From the NCBI GenBank assembly GCA_964436805.1, contig CAYTEG010000001.1, positions 1 through 39,517 of the forward strand: a DNA stretch of 39,517 nt, in the 5' to 3' direction. The notes under the pieces are model-generated. The model was not told the DNA's origin and searched no databases. It saw only the letters and a list, made by a program, of their open reading frames with translations. A program made the position numbers and the translations under genes. Positions 8,517 to 16,170 of this stretch are shown one piece after another. Each line of letters opens with the position of its first letter. The stretch's first letter is position 1. This stretch comes from an uncultured Candidatus Saccharibacteria bacterium. GTDB taxonomy: Bacteria > Patescibacteriota > Saccharimonadia > Saccharimonadales > EFPC-124.

Positions 8517-8590
8517 GGCTGGCGAGGAAGGGGTCGAACCTTCGATCTCCGCATCCAGAGTGCGGCGCCTTACCACTTGGCCACTCGCCA
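8516..8590 (-). tRNA. tRNA-Gln (anticodon CUG)
   Basis: The 75 nt reverse complement folds as a cloverleaf. Acceptor stem TGGCGAG/CTCGCCA (U1-A72), discriminator G73 and an encoded CCA. D-arm GCCAAGTGGTAAGGC. Anticodon stem CCGCA/TGCGG with loop CTCTGGA. T-arm GAAGG-TTCGACC-CCTTC. It closely resembles E. coli tRNA-Gln. Confidence 0.9.
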
Positions 8591-8671
8591 TTAATCCCGC
8601 AAAGTACATTAACGGCGCCTTCCCATAACAAATACAATCCTAGCCGCTAACAGATAGATTATACCTAAATA

Positions 8672-9100
8672 CTACTTCTTTGAAAAGCCAATGGCTTTTG
8701 AGCCGTCGAGTACCATAAAGCTGATTTTGCCAAGCACGATCAGCGCAATACTGGCGGTGGCGGCGTACCAGTTGGCGGGCAGGTCGCCGGTTGAGATTAA
8801 GTAAACGATTTCGAGCCACACAAATACAGGGGTGATCAGCGAAAACAATGCGCTAAAGCCGCGTGCAAACACGCTCAACTTAAGGCGCAGCAAAAACGGC
8901 AGCGAAAATATTTGGAGTCCGGCCAAAACCGCGATAATCCATGGTTCGCCAGGGGTATGGTAGCTAATACCGCCAAAGTCGAAACCGCCAACTCCCATAA
9001 GTTGTACCACAACCAGCGCTACTAAAATAACCGCGTATGCCGTGGGGGCAATTAAAAATTGTGGGTGGCGCACTTTTGGCGCGGGTAGCGATTTAACCAT
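8672..9100 (-). CDS. hypothetical 4-TM membrane protein, co-directional with sodN-sodX
   Basis: 142 aa from ATG 9100 (the ORF track starts at 9121). Four hydrophobic helices. It overlaps the sodX stop by 8 nt, which suggests co-transcription. Confidence 0.6.
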   Translation of the reverse strand: MVKSLPAPKVRHPQFLIAPTAYAVILVALVVVQLMGVGGFDFGGISYHTPGEPWIIAVLAGLQIFSLPFLLRLKLSVFARGFSALFSLITPVFVWLEIVYLISTGDLPANWYAATASIALIVLGKISFMVLDGSKAIGFSKK

Positions 9101-9380
9101 TTTGACTCCTTGTGCCGCCAAGTACCACTGCCCGGATTGCGCTCAGCGGCAACCACCCGAACTGCCGGCTGTCGGTGCTTTCGGCGGGGTTGTCGCCGAG
9201 CAAATACACATGGCCGTCGTGGATTTGGTCGACTCTTTTAATTATTTCGATACGATGATGACGCGCGATAACAACATCGCCCACCTTTGGCCGGCGGCCT
9301 ACGCGCATCGCCACCACCAGCTTGCCATGGGCAAACGCGGGCAGCATACTTAGGCCTTCGACACGGCGGACGAAAAACAT
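9093..9380 (-). CDS. sodX: S26-family signal-peptidase-like NiSOD maturation protease
   Basis: 95 aa. Catalytic Ser context GLSMLP and the GD..ES.DSR motif (LLGDNPAESTDSRQFG). It lies immediately downstream (2 nt gap) of sodN, the arrangement known for NiSOD maturation. Confidence 0.8.
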   Translation of the reverse strand: MFFVRRVEGLSMLPAFAHGKLVVAMRVGRRPKVGDVVIARHHRIEIIKRVDQIHDGHVYLLGDNPAESTDSRQFGWLPLSAIRAVVLGGTRSQNG

Positions 9381-9382
9381 AG

Positions 9383-9796
9383 TTAGACTTTTGACTCCTT
9401 AAACATTTTGGCGATGTCACCGACCATGTGCAGCAGGGTGTGGGCTTCGTCGGGGCTAAGGCTTTGCTTAACTTTGCTACACTGTTTGGTGGCTTGCCAA
9501 AAGGCTTCGTGCAGATTGGGGAATTTTTGCAGGTGTTCGGGCTTAAAATAATCGCTCCATAAAATATAGAGCTGCTGTTTGCACGCTTCGGCGTGTTTTT
9601 CTTTGGTTATGACCATGCGGATAAAATTGTTGTGCTCGTCGGATTTTTCGCCTTTTACATCGGCCAAGGCTTCGATTTTTTCGATCATGCGCACGCAGGT
9701 TTCGGCGGCGTGGGTCATGGTATCGGTTTCGTAAATGCCGCAGGGCACGTCGCAATGGGCGTAGACCGGTCTTATAAACTTACTAAATATATTCAT
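9383..9796 (-). CDS. sodN: nickel superoxide dismutase precursor
   Basis: A short propeptide MNIFSKFIRPVYA is followed by the Ni-hook HCDVPCGIY (canonical HCDLPCGVY). The start is set at ATG 9796, with GAGGA 5 nt upstream, instead of the ORF-track 9883. 137 aa. Confidence 0.9.
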   Translation of the reverse strand: MNIFSKFIRPVYAHCDVPCGIYETDTMTHAAETCVRMIEKIEALADVKGEKSDEHNNFIRMVITKEKHAEACKQQLYILWSDYFKPEHLQKFPNLHEAFWQATKQCSKVKQSLSPDEAHTLLHMVGDIAKMFKESKV

Positions 9797-9818
9797 GTCA
9801 TCCTCGCTTATGTTTTTT

Positions 9819-9827
9819 ATTATAACA
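9819..9827 (-). promoter_or_regulatory. extended -10 element (TGTTATAAT) upstream of sodN
   Basis: The minus strand reads TGTTATAAT about 22 nt upstream of the sodN start codon. Confidence 0.4.
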
Positions 9828-9865
9828 GGCTTAAAAAACGATGTTGTAATTTTATTATAAAACGC

Positions 9866-9894
9866 TTGCGTTTGGCTGGCCAAGCGGTTACTAT
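9866..9894 (+). promoter_or_regulatory. sigma70-like promoter of an ORF-less transcription unit
   Basis: TTGCGT (9866-9871), a 17 nt spacer, then TACTAT (9889-9894). Confidence 0.4.
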
Positions 9895-9900
9895 ACTTGT

Positions 9901-10050
9901 AAGCGATACTTCACGTAAACAAAAACGTACAAAAACAAAAACGTGGTCGCTTGTAACACCACAACAACTCATTTTATTTGCCACGGTAAACGGGCAGGGC
10001 TTGCCCACCGTTTACCTGGCCTTTAACGGCTCCCGGGTGGGAGTTTTTTT
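9901..10050 (+). ncRNA. candidate small RNA (about 150 nt, unknown family)
   Basis: Predicted +1 is near 9901. Hairpin 1 spans 9901-9952 (AAGCGA..CACGT / ACGTG.TCGCTT) with an A-rich loop AAACAAAAACGTACAAAAACAAAA. Hairpin 2 spans 9985-10016 (GGTAAACGG...CCGTTTACC). An intrinsic terminator CTCCC-GGGT-GGGAG plus T7 spans 10030-10050. No plausible ORF lies inside or downstream on this strand. Confidence 0.35.
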
Positions 10051-10058
10051 AAAATGTT

Positions 10059-10174
10059 AAAGACTAGGGGGCAAGCCTCCGAGGGCTCCCAAACCGATGT
10101 CGGCTTTTTGCCTTACTAGGCAAAAAACGGTTACGCCCAGTGTTTGGGATACGGGGGCTGGACCCCTAGTCTTT
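10059..10174. repeat. 116 nt rod-like imperfect inverted repeat overlapping the trmD stop codon
   Basis: Outer 12 bp perfect stem AAAGACTAGGGG (10059-10070) / CCCCTAGTCTTT (10163-10174). Inner helices are AGCCTCC/GGGGGCT, TCCCAAAC/GTTTGGGA and TTTTTGCC/GGCAAAAA, with apical loop TTACTA. Confidence 0.5.
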
Positions 10175-10828
10175 AGCTTTTTTCTGCTGCTGCTTCCGCC
10201 ACTCAGCAATCTGCCCGTGGTGGCCGTTTAGCAAAACATCGGGCACTTTTAAGCCGTTAAATTCGGCCGGGCGCGTGTACTGCGGGAACTCAAGCGTTTC
10301 GCCGTCGCTAAAACTTTCGATTTCGGCGCTTGTTTCGCCACCCAAAACGCCGGGGATGAGCCTGATAATACTGTCGGCCACCACCATGGCTGGCAGCTCG
10401 CCGCCGGTCAAAACGTAATCGCCGATCGAAATTTGTTGGTCAACAACAGTGGTAATGCGCTCGTCGTAGCCTTCGTAACGGCCGCATATAATAATGAGTC
10501 CGCGTGGGTCGTCGGCCATTTTTTTGGCGCGCGCCTGCACCCAGCGTTCGCCGCGGGCGGTCATAAGCAGTACTTGGGCGTCGGGGTCGTTCTTTTTTGC
10601 CGCCGCAACCGCCGCAAACAGTGGTTCGGGTTTTAAAAGCATGCCATCGCCGCCGCCGTAGGGCGTGTCGTCGACCTGGCGGCGCGGGCCAAGGCCAAAA
10701 TCGCGCAGCTGGATGGTGGTAAGTTTAACAATGTCGCGGTCTTGCGCCTTCCAAAGCATGCTGGCGCCAAAAACGCCCGCAAACATTTCGGGGAAAAGCG
10801 TGATGACTTGTATAAGGCGTGGCTTCAT
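10166..10828 (-). CDS. trmD: tRNA (guanine37-N1)-methyltransferase
   Basis: 220 aa. The N-terminus IQVITLFPEMF and the segments YGGGDGMLLKPEP, GRYEGYDER and SIGDYVLTGGELPAMV are typical TrmD signatures. Confidence 0.92.
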   Translation of the reverse strand: MKPRLIQVITLFPEMFAGVFGASMLWKAQDRDIVKLTTIQLRDFGLGPRRQVDDTPYGGGDGMLLKPEPLFAAVAAAKKNDPDAQVLLMTARGERWVQARAKKMADDPRGLIIICGRYEGYDERITTVVDQQISIGDYVLTGGELPAMVVADSIIRLIPGVLGGETSAEIESFSDGETLEFPQYTRPAEFNGLKVPDVLLNGHHGQIAEWRKQQQKKAKD

Positions 10829-10919
10829 TACAGATGTGAGTATACCATAAAAATTGTATCGCTATTGCAGGGAACTGCTGCTACAATGGCGGCAGCGCCA
10901 ACCATAAACGAGATCAACC

Positions 10920-11537
10920 ATGCTCCCAGAGTGGTTTGTAGTGTATGCGGTCGCCCTGCGGCTTACCAGCGGGCTCAGTTACGCCCTGGCAGTCATAAAA
11001 AAACGGGCGAAACCAAACCCAATTACCTGGTTTTTTTGGGCACTCACGCCGGCGATCGTTTTTGTTGCCCAGCTGTTTGAGCACGCGGCGCTGAGCAGCA
11101 TGGCAATTACCCTGGCGCTTGGTTTTGGCCCACTGCTGGTTTTTATTTTATCGCTTAAATATTCGCTGCAGCGCACGCATTTTACTCCGGCGAGCATTAC
11201 CTGTGGCGTGGTGGCCGCGATTGGCGTTGCTTTATGGCTGACCACCAGCGACCCCAAACTCGCGATTATTTTTAGCATCGGCGCCGATATTTGCAGCAGC
11301 ATCCCGACAATCATAAAAATATGGCGCAAGCCGGGCAGCGAATTTTTGCCGGCCTACGCCATAACTATGGCCAGCATGGTTATAACCCTCCTTACTTTGC
11401 AAGCTTGGGATTTTGCCAGCTTTATATTCCCTGTCTACATTTTGGCGATTAACGCTGTTATTTTTGGCACGGGTTTTGTGGCGACGCGGCGCAAGCCGGC
11501 GCGCAGGGCGAGGCGCTTGACTTCTGCCCGCCGGTAA
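10920..11537 (+). CDS. hypothetical polytopic membrane protein
   Basis: 205 aa with about 6 hydrophobic helices and an Arg-rich C-terminus (RRKPARRARRLTSARR). I recognise no family. Confidence 0.6.
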   Translation: MLPEWFVVYAVALRLTSGLSYALAVIKKRAKPNPITWFFWALTPAIVFVAQLFEHAALSSMAITLALGFGPLLVFILSLKYSLQRTHFTPASITCGVVAAIGVALWLTTSDPKLAIIFSIGADICSSIPTIIKIWRKPGSEFLPAYAITMASMVITLLTLQAWDFASFIFPVYILAINAVIFGTGFVATRRKPARRARRLTSARR

Positions 11538-11567
11538 AAGATGATATAAGCAGTAAACATAACAATT

Positions 11568-12818
11568 ATGAACCCACAACAACCAACAACCCCACCACAA
11601 CAAACAAGTGCTGCACCTACGCCGCCAAGTGCGCCGCAAAATGGCACGTTTATTCCACCAGCTCCTGCGCCTGGCTTGCAACCCGAAACACCTAAAAAAG
11701 CACCGGCTAAACTCATGGCGGTTATTGCTGCGATAGTTGTCGCGCTTGCCGCCGCCGGCTTTGGCGTGTGGTGGTTTTTGCAAAACAACAACCAGGCCAG
11801 CGTGCCGCGCGTTAAGGTCGGGCTTATGATGGCCTTTAGCGGCGGCTCGTCGAGCATGGGGTATGGTGCCAATAAAGGCATCCAGCTCGCCAAAAAACAA
11901 CTGGGAGCCGACAACATCGAAATTGTGCAGGTCGACTCAAAATGCGACCCAAAAACAGCCGCCGAAGCCATAAAAACACTTATCGAACAAAAAGTCGTGG
12001 CAATTATTGGCGAAGGCTGCTCGAGCGCCAGCGTCGCCGCCTTGCCCGCCGCCAACAACGCAAAAATCCCAATGATCAGCCCGTCGGCCTCCAGCCCAAC
12101 GCTTACCATTCCTAACGATTACTTCTTCCGCGTTGTCCCGCCCGACAACTTGCAGGGCTCGTTTATGGCGCAAACCATCTACGATAAAGGCTACCGCAAC
12201 GTCGCCGTATTTTACACCAACGAACCGTACGGCAGCGGCATGAACACCGTGTTCCGCGAAAACTTCGAAAACCTGGGCGGCAAAGTTGTGGCCAGCGCCA
12301 CTGCCGAGCCAGATGTCATCGACCTCCGCACCCAAATGGAGCAAATTAAGGCCAAAAACCCGCAGGCGTTATTTATTGCGCCAAACTCGGTTGTTTCGGC
12401 CACGGCCGCCATGAAGGTTGCGCGCGAAGTCGGCATTACCGCACCATTTTACGGCGCCGACATTATGTACGACACCACTATTATCACCAACGCGCCGCAA
12501 GCCGCCGACGGCCTGACCATTTCGTCATTCCCCACTGGCAGCAAAGCATTTAAACAGGCGTTGACCAACGAATTCCAAAAAACCGAACAGCTATACGCGG
12601 CGCCACAAGCCTACGACATCATCCACGTGTTGCAGATTGCCACCCAAAAAGGCGCGAAAACTGGCGAGGCTGTTAAAAACGCCCTGCCGACGATTGATTT
12701 TGAAGGCGTTTCTGGCCACATTAAGTTCGATGTAAACGGCGAAATATCTGACAAAACATACAAGTACGACTTGTTCCAGGTAAAAGACGGCGCGTTTACC
12801 TTACTTGACCAAAACTAA
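11568..12818 (+). CDS. membrane-anchored type I solute-binding protein (LivJ / Peripla_BP_6-like)
   Basis: 416 aa. A Pro/Thr/Gln-rich N-terminus and a single TM anchor LMAVIAAIVVALAAAGFGVWWFL. A binding-protein fold follows: VKVGLMMAFSGG, VVAIIGEGCSSAS, IPMISPSASSP, FFRVVPPD. Confidence 0.82.
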   Translation: MNPQQPTTPPQQTSAAPTPPSAPQNGTFIPPAPAPGLQPETPKKAPAKLMAVIAAIVVALAAAGFGVWWFLQNNNQASVPRVKVGLMMAFSGGSSSMGYGANKGIQLAKKQLGADNIEIVQVDSKCDPKTAAEAIKTLIEQKVVAIIGEGCSSASVAALPAANNAKIPMISPSASSPTLTIPNDYFFRVVPPDNLQGSFMAQTIYDKGYRNVAVFYTNEPYGSGMNTVFRENFENLGGKVVASATAEPDVIDLRTQMEQIKAKNPQALFIAPNSVVSATAAMKVAREVGITAPFYGADIMYDTTIITNAPQAADGLTISSFPTGSKAFKQALTNEFQKTEQLYAAPQAYDIIHVLQIATQKGAKTGEAVKNALPTIDFEGVSGHIKFDVNGEISDKTYKYDLFQVKDGAFTLLDQN

Positions 12819-12837
12819 AGGGGTGTAGGTAACAAGG

Positions 12838-15066
12838 GTGAGCATTCGGATTAAGCTAACGATCATCATGCTCGCCATTGGGCTGGTGCCAACGATTGTT
12901 GTGAGCGCCCTGGCTTATGTTACCACTGGCGATGAGCTCACCCGCAAAACCGAAGACCAACTTAGTAGTGTCGCTGCCAACCAGCAGCAAAAAATCACGG
13001 CGCTGCTGCAAAAACACCAAGAAGAAGCAACAAAAACCGCCAACCAGTTTGACCTGCAAAGCGCGCTCAGCACCTATTTAAGTTCGGGCCACAAAAACGG
13101 CCGCAACGACATATTTAATGTTATTTCGACGAAAAAAATCGCGACGCCCGAGATTCAGGCAATTTATGTGGTCGGGCTGGACGGCGTTGTTATCTCTTCG
13201 ACCGTCAGCGGCAGCGAGGGCAAGCAATTGCAGCCCCAGGAATACGCCATACAAAGCGGCCAAGAGAGCAGTATCAGCGTTAAAGAAGATGCGCGCGATG
13301 GCATAGACAAGCTGTACATTACCATTAAAATCAGCGTTAACAAAAAAGAGTCAGGCTACCTCAACCTTATTTTTCGCATCGACGACATTGTGGCGGCAAT
13401 CCAGGATTACACTGGCCTTGGCACCACTGGCGAAACCATGATTGCCGAACGCAGCGCCGACGGCAGCGCGATTTCGCTGTTCCCGCTGCGGTTCGACACC
13501 GACGCGGCGCTCAAGAAAAACCTTAATTCGCTGCAAATACTTACGACCAGCGAAGCATTGTACCGTCAGGCAGTCGATTACCGCGGCCGCGACGTGCTTG
13601 TCACCTCGCGCTCGGTCGGTTTTGCCGATTGGGTGCTGGCCACCAAAATCGACATGGACGAAGCGCTGGCGCCAATTAACCAGCTGCGCACTACGCTATT
13701 TGCGATTGTACTGGGGTCGTCGATCGCCATTGCTATTATTTCGCTGTACTTTACCCGCTTTTTTACCGGCCCGATTTTACGCGTCGCACGCCTGGCCGAA
13801 AGTTTTGGCCGCGGCGATTTTAGCTCGCGCGTCGACTTTAAACGCCAGGACGAAATCGGTGCCCTGGGCAAAAGTATCAACACCATGGGTCGCAGTTTGC
13901 AAGATTTTGTGACCAGCCTTGAGTCGCAGCGCAACCGCCTGACGATCATCCTTAACAGCACCGCCGAAAGTATTATGGCCATCGACAAACAGGGGCGGAT
14001 TATTTTAGCCAATGCCGCAACCAACGACCTCACCCAGCTGCCCGAACGTTCGATCGTCGGCCGCCACATCGACGAATTATTTATCTGGAAGCACAACCTG
14101 CAGGATTTCGCGATCGACTACACCAAAGAAGGCACCAACACCTACTCCGACCTCGAGTACACCGATGTCGGCGGCGTCACCCACTACCTAAGCCTGACCG
14201 TGGCAAAAATTAACGGCGTGCAAGAGCTGCAACTGCCGCAAACCATTATTACCGTGCACGACCAAACCAAAAGCCGCGACCTCGAAAATATGAAGGTCGA
14301 CTTTGTGTCGATGGCCGCCCACGAACTGCGCACGCCGCTGGCTGCCACCCGTGGCTATCTGGAGCTCATCACCTTTACCGAAGGCGAAAACGTCTCGCCC
14401 GACGTTAAAAACTATCTGCAGCAGGCACTTAAAAGCACGGCCGAACTTGGCGGGTTAATCGACAACTTGCTTGGCGTCACGCGCATCGAACGTGGCACGC
14501 TCACCCTGCACCCCGAAAAGGTCGACATCGCCGCCGACATCCAGCAAGCAATACGCAACGCCAGCTTTAGCGCCACCGACAAACGCATCGCCCTTAATTA
14601 CGACGGCCCGGTCAGCGGCTGCTACGTTATTGCCGACCAAATCGCCCTGCACGAGGTGATTAACAACCTCATTACCAACGCCATAAAATACACCAACTCC
14701 GGCGGCACCGTCACCGTGCTGCTTGGGCGCGAGGGCACGCAGTTTGTGGTGCGCTTTAAAGACACCGGCATTGGCATCCCTAAAAAAGCCATGCAAAACC
14801 TGTTTACCAAATTTTACCGGGTGCGGGGCGGGCTTAACAGCGGGAGCACCGGCACCGGGCTGGGCTTGTTTATTTCAAAGTCGATCATCGAGCGCCATGG
14901 TGGTACCATTACTGTAGAGTCCGAAGAAGGCGTAGGGTCGGTGTTTAGCCTGACCATACCCGTGCTCGACGAGGCAAAACTCGCCGCGCTGCAGGTTCAC
15001 GCACAAAAATCACATACACCAACAAGGGGGAACCGTGGCTGGACTACGAAAAATATTACTCGTTGA
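12838..15066 (+). CDS. sensor histidine kinase (Cache-like sensor, HAMP, PAS, HisKA, HATPase)
   Basis: 742 aa with a GTG start. It has TM1, an extracytoplasmic region of about 250 aa, and TM2 (LFAIVLGSSIAIAIISLYF). Then come a HAMP-like region (EIGALGKSINTM) and a PAS-like region. H-box MAAHELRTPLAA, N-box NLITNAIKYT, G1 DTGIGIP, G2 GTGLGL. Confidence 0.9.
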   Translation: MSIRIKLTIIMLAIGLVPTIVVSALAYVTTGDELTRKTEDQLSSVAANQQQKITALLQKHQEEATKTANQFDLQSALSTYLSSGHKNGRNDIFNVISTKKIATPEIQAIYVVGLDGVVISSTVSGSEGKQLQPQEYAIQSGQESSISVKEDARDGIDKLYITIKISVNKKESGYLNLIFRIDDIVAAIQDYTGLGTTGETMIAERSADGSAISLFPLRFDTDAALKKNLNSLQILTTSEALYRQAVDYRGRDVLVTSRSVGFADWVLATKIDMDEALAPINQLRTTLFAIVLGSSIAIAIISLYFTRFFTGPILRVARLAESFGRGDFSSRVDFKRQDEIGALGKSINTMGRSLQDFVTSLESQRNRLTIILNSTAESIMAIDKQGRIILANAATNDLTQLPERSIVGRHIDELFIWKHNLQDFAIDYTKEGTNTYSDLEYTDVGGVTHYLSLTVAKINGVQELQLPQTIITVHDQTKSRDLENMKVDFVSMAAHELRTPLAATRGYLELITFTEGENVSPDVKNYLQQALKSTAELGGLIDNLLGVTRIERGTLTLHPEKVDIAADIQQAIRNASFSATDKRIALNYDGPVSGCYVIADQIALHEVINNLITNAIKYTNSGGTVTVLLGREGTQFVVRFKDTGIGIPKKAMQNLFTKFYRVRGGLNSGSTGTGLGLFISKSIIERHGGTITVESEEGVGSVFSLTIPVLDEAKLAALQVHAQKSHTPTRGNRGWTTKNITR

Positions 15067-15412
15067 AGACAATCCCGAACTGCGCAAAATGTACGAGACG
15101 TTTTTAAACCTTAACGGGTACTCGCTCGAAAGCGCCATCGACGGCGAAGACGGCATAAACAAAGCGCGCGAATTTAAACCAGACCTTATATTTTTAGATA
15201 TCATGATGCCCAAAAAAGACGGCTTCGAGGTGCTTAAAATATTGCGCCACGACCCGGCCTACAACTGCACGCGGGCAAAAATTGTGATGCTCACCAACCT
15301 TGGCGACAGCAAGCTCAGCGCCGAAACACGCAAAGACATGGACGGCTATGTTATTAAGGCCGAGATTGTACTAAGTGACCTCATAGAAGTTATTAAGTCG
15401 TTAGATAAATAA
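15035..15412 (+). CDS. single-domain response regulator (REC only)
   Basis: 125 aa with a GTG start preceded by AAGGGGGA, overlapping the kinase 3' end by 32 nt. Motifs LLVEDN, LIFLDIMMP and GYVIKA; no output domain. Confidence 0.85.
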   Translation: MAGLRKILLVEDNPELRKMYETFLNLNGYSLESAIDGEDGINKAREFKPDLIFLDIMMPKKDGFEVLKILRHDPAYNCTRAKIVMLTNLGDSKLSAETRKDMDGYVIKAEIVLSDLIEVIKSLDK

Positions 15413-15432
15413 GCGCCTGGTTCCGACAAACA

Positions 15433-15460
15433 AAAGCACCGGCCAACTGACCGGTGCTTT
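15433..15460. terminator. bidirectional hairpin terminator between convergent genes
   Basis: AAAGCACCGG (15433-15442), an 8 nt loop, then CCGGTGCTTT (15451-15460). An A-tract lies upstream and a T-tract downstream. Confidence 0.55.
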
Positions 15461-15544
15461 CGCCACATAAAGCTCTCAACTTACGTTGCTCGCATGAGCT
15501 TTTATTTTTGTTTTTCGTTCGCTTCTCGTTCGAACCTGTATGTA

Positions 15545-15982
15545 TTATATGTCGAGATCGTCTAAATCTGCAAGCTCTTTTCGGGTTCGAGTTGCGACAG
15601 ATTCTGATTCTTCCACAGGCTTATCTGTTGTTTTTTCCACAGGTTCGTCAACCGGAGCGGCAGCAACGGGTTTGGCAGTGTCGTCAGCAGCGTCATCGCT
15701 GGCTGTGCTGTCGTCGGCTGGTGCGCCGCCGGGGCGGTCGACATCGACGATTTTTAAGTTGTAACGGGCGTCGTTTTTAGTGCCCAGGGCGCGCAGCAAG
15801 GTGCGCACACTTTGGGCAGTTGCGCCGCGTTTGCCGATTACCCGGCCTAAATCTTCGGGGTCGACAGTAAGTTCGAGTAGTACGCCCTTTTCGTCGATGC
15901 GGCGTTCGATGGTCACGGCCTCTGGTTTACTGACGAGCGATTTTATAATGAATTCCACAAACTGCTGGTCGATGCTTGTCAT
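15545..15982 (-). CDS. KH-domain RNA-binding protein (YlqC/UPF0109-like) with acidic C-terminal tail
   Basis: 145 aa. The first 80 aa or so carry the KH GxxG loop (GRVIGKRGATAQSVRTLL). About 65 aa of Asp/Ala/Pro/Glu-rich low complexity follow. Confidence 0.82.
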   Translation of the reverse strand: MTSIDQQFVEFIIKSLVSKPEAVTIERRIDEKGVLLELTVDPEDLGRVIGKRGATAQSVRTLLRALGTKNDARYNLKIVDVDRPGGAPADDSTASDDAADDTAKPVAAAPVDEPVEKTTDKPVEESESVATRTRKELADLDDLDI

Positions 15983-16063
15983 GGACAGGCTCCCATTATT
16001 TACTGTACTAACGTATTGTAGCGCACTGCCTAGGCGCAGCGCAAACTGCTTGCGGCAAAATAC

Positions 16064-16092
16064 TTGCTTTTTTTATATTTTTATGTTAATAT
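16064..16092 (+). promoter_or_regulatory. sigma70-like promoter of alpha-CTD-like gene 1
   Basis: TTGCTT (16064-16069), a 17 nt AT-rich spacer, then TAATAT (16087-16092). Confidence 0.45.
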
Positions 16093-16170
16093 ACTTTTCA
16101 TAAGCTTTGCTCAACCCTGTCAAACAGAGTGGGCGAGCTCGCCCGCTTTACACAAGAAGGGATCGTCCGT

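Noticed and set aside
7756-8637. A 293 aa minus-strand ORF spanning cassette 1 and the tRNA-Gln gene.
   Set aside because: It is a shadow ORF typical of GC-rich DNA. It overlaps a well-folding tRNA and has no RBS. The plus-strand frame has the G/C third-position bias plus a consensus promoter and SD site.
9917-9945. Short tandem ACAAAAAC(GT) repeats, considered as a possible CRISPR or VNTR.
   Set aside because: There are only 2-3 imperfect 8-10 nt units with no spacers and no cas genes. They are better explained as an A-rich loop of a hairpin.
10059-10174. SRP (4.5S) RNA, considered for the long rod-like hairpin and also for 9985-10016, where CCGTTTACCTGGCC resembles the E. coli 4.5S segment CUGUUUACCAGGUC.
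   Set aside because: The conserved domain IV features are absent: the GGAA/GNRA tetraloop and the flanking AGCA / GGUCAGG asymmetric-loop motifs. The apical loop here is TTACTA, and the short similarity is explained by a local hairpin.
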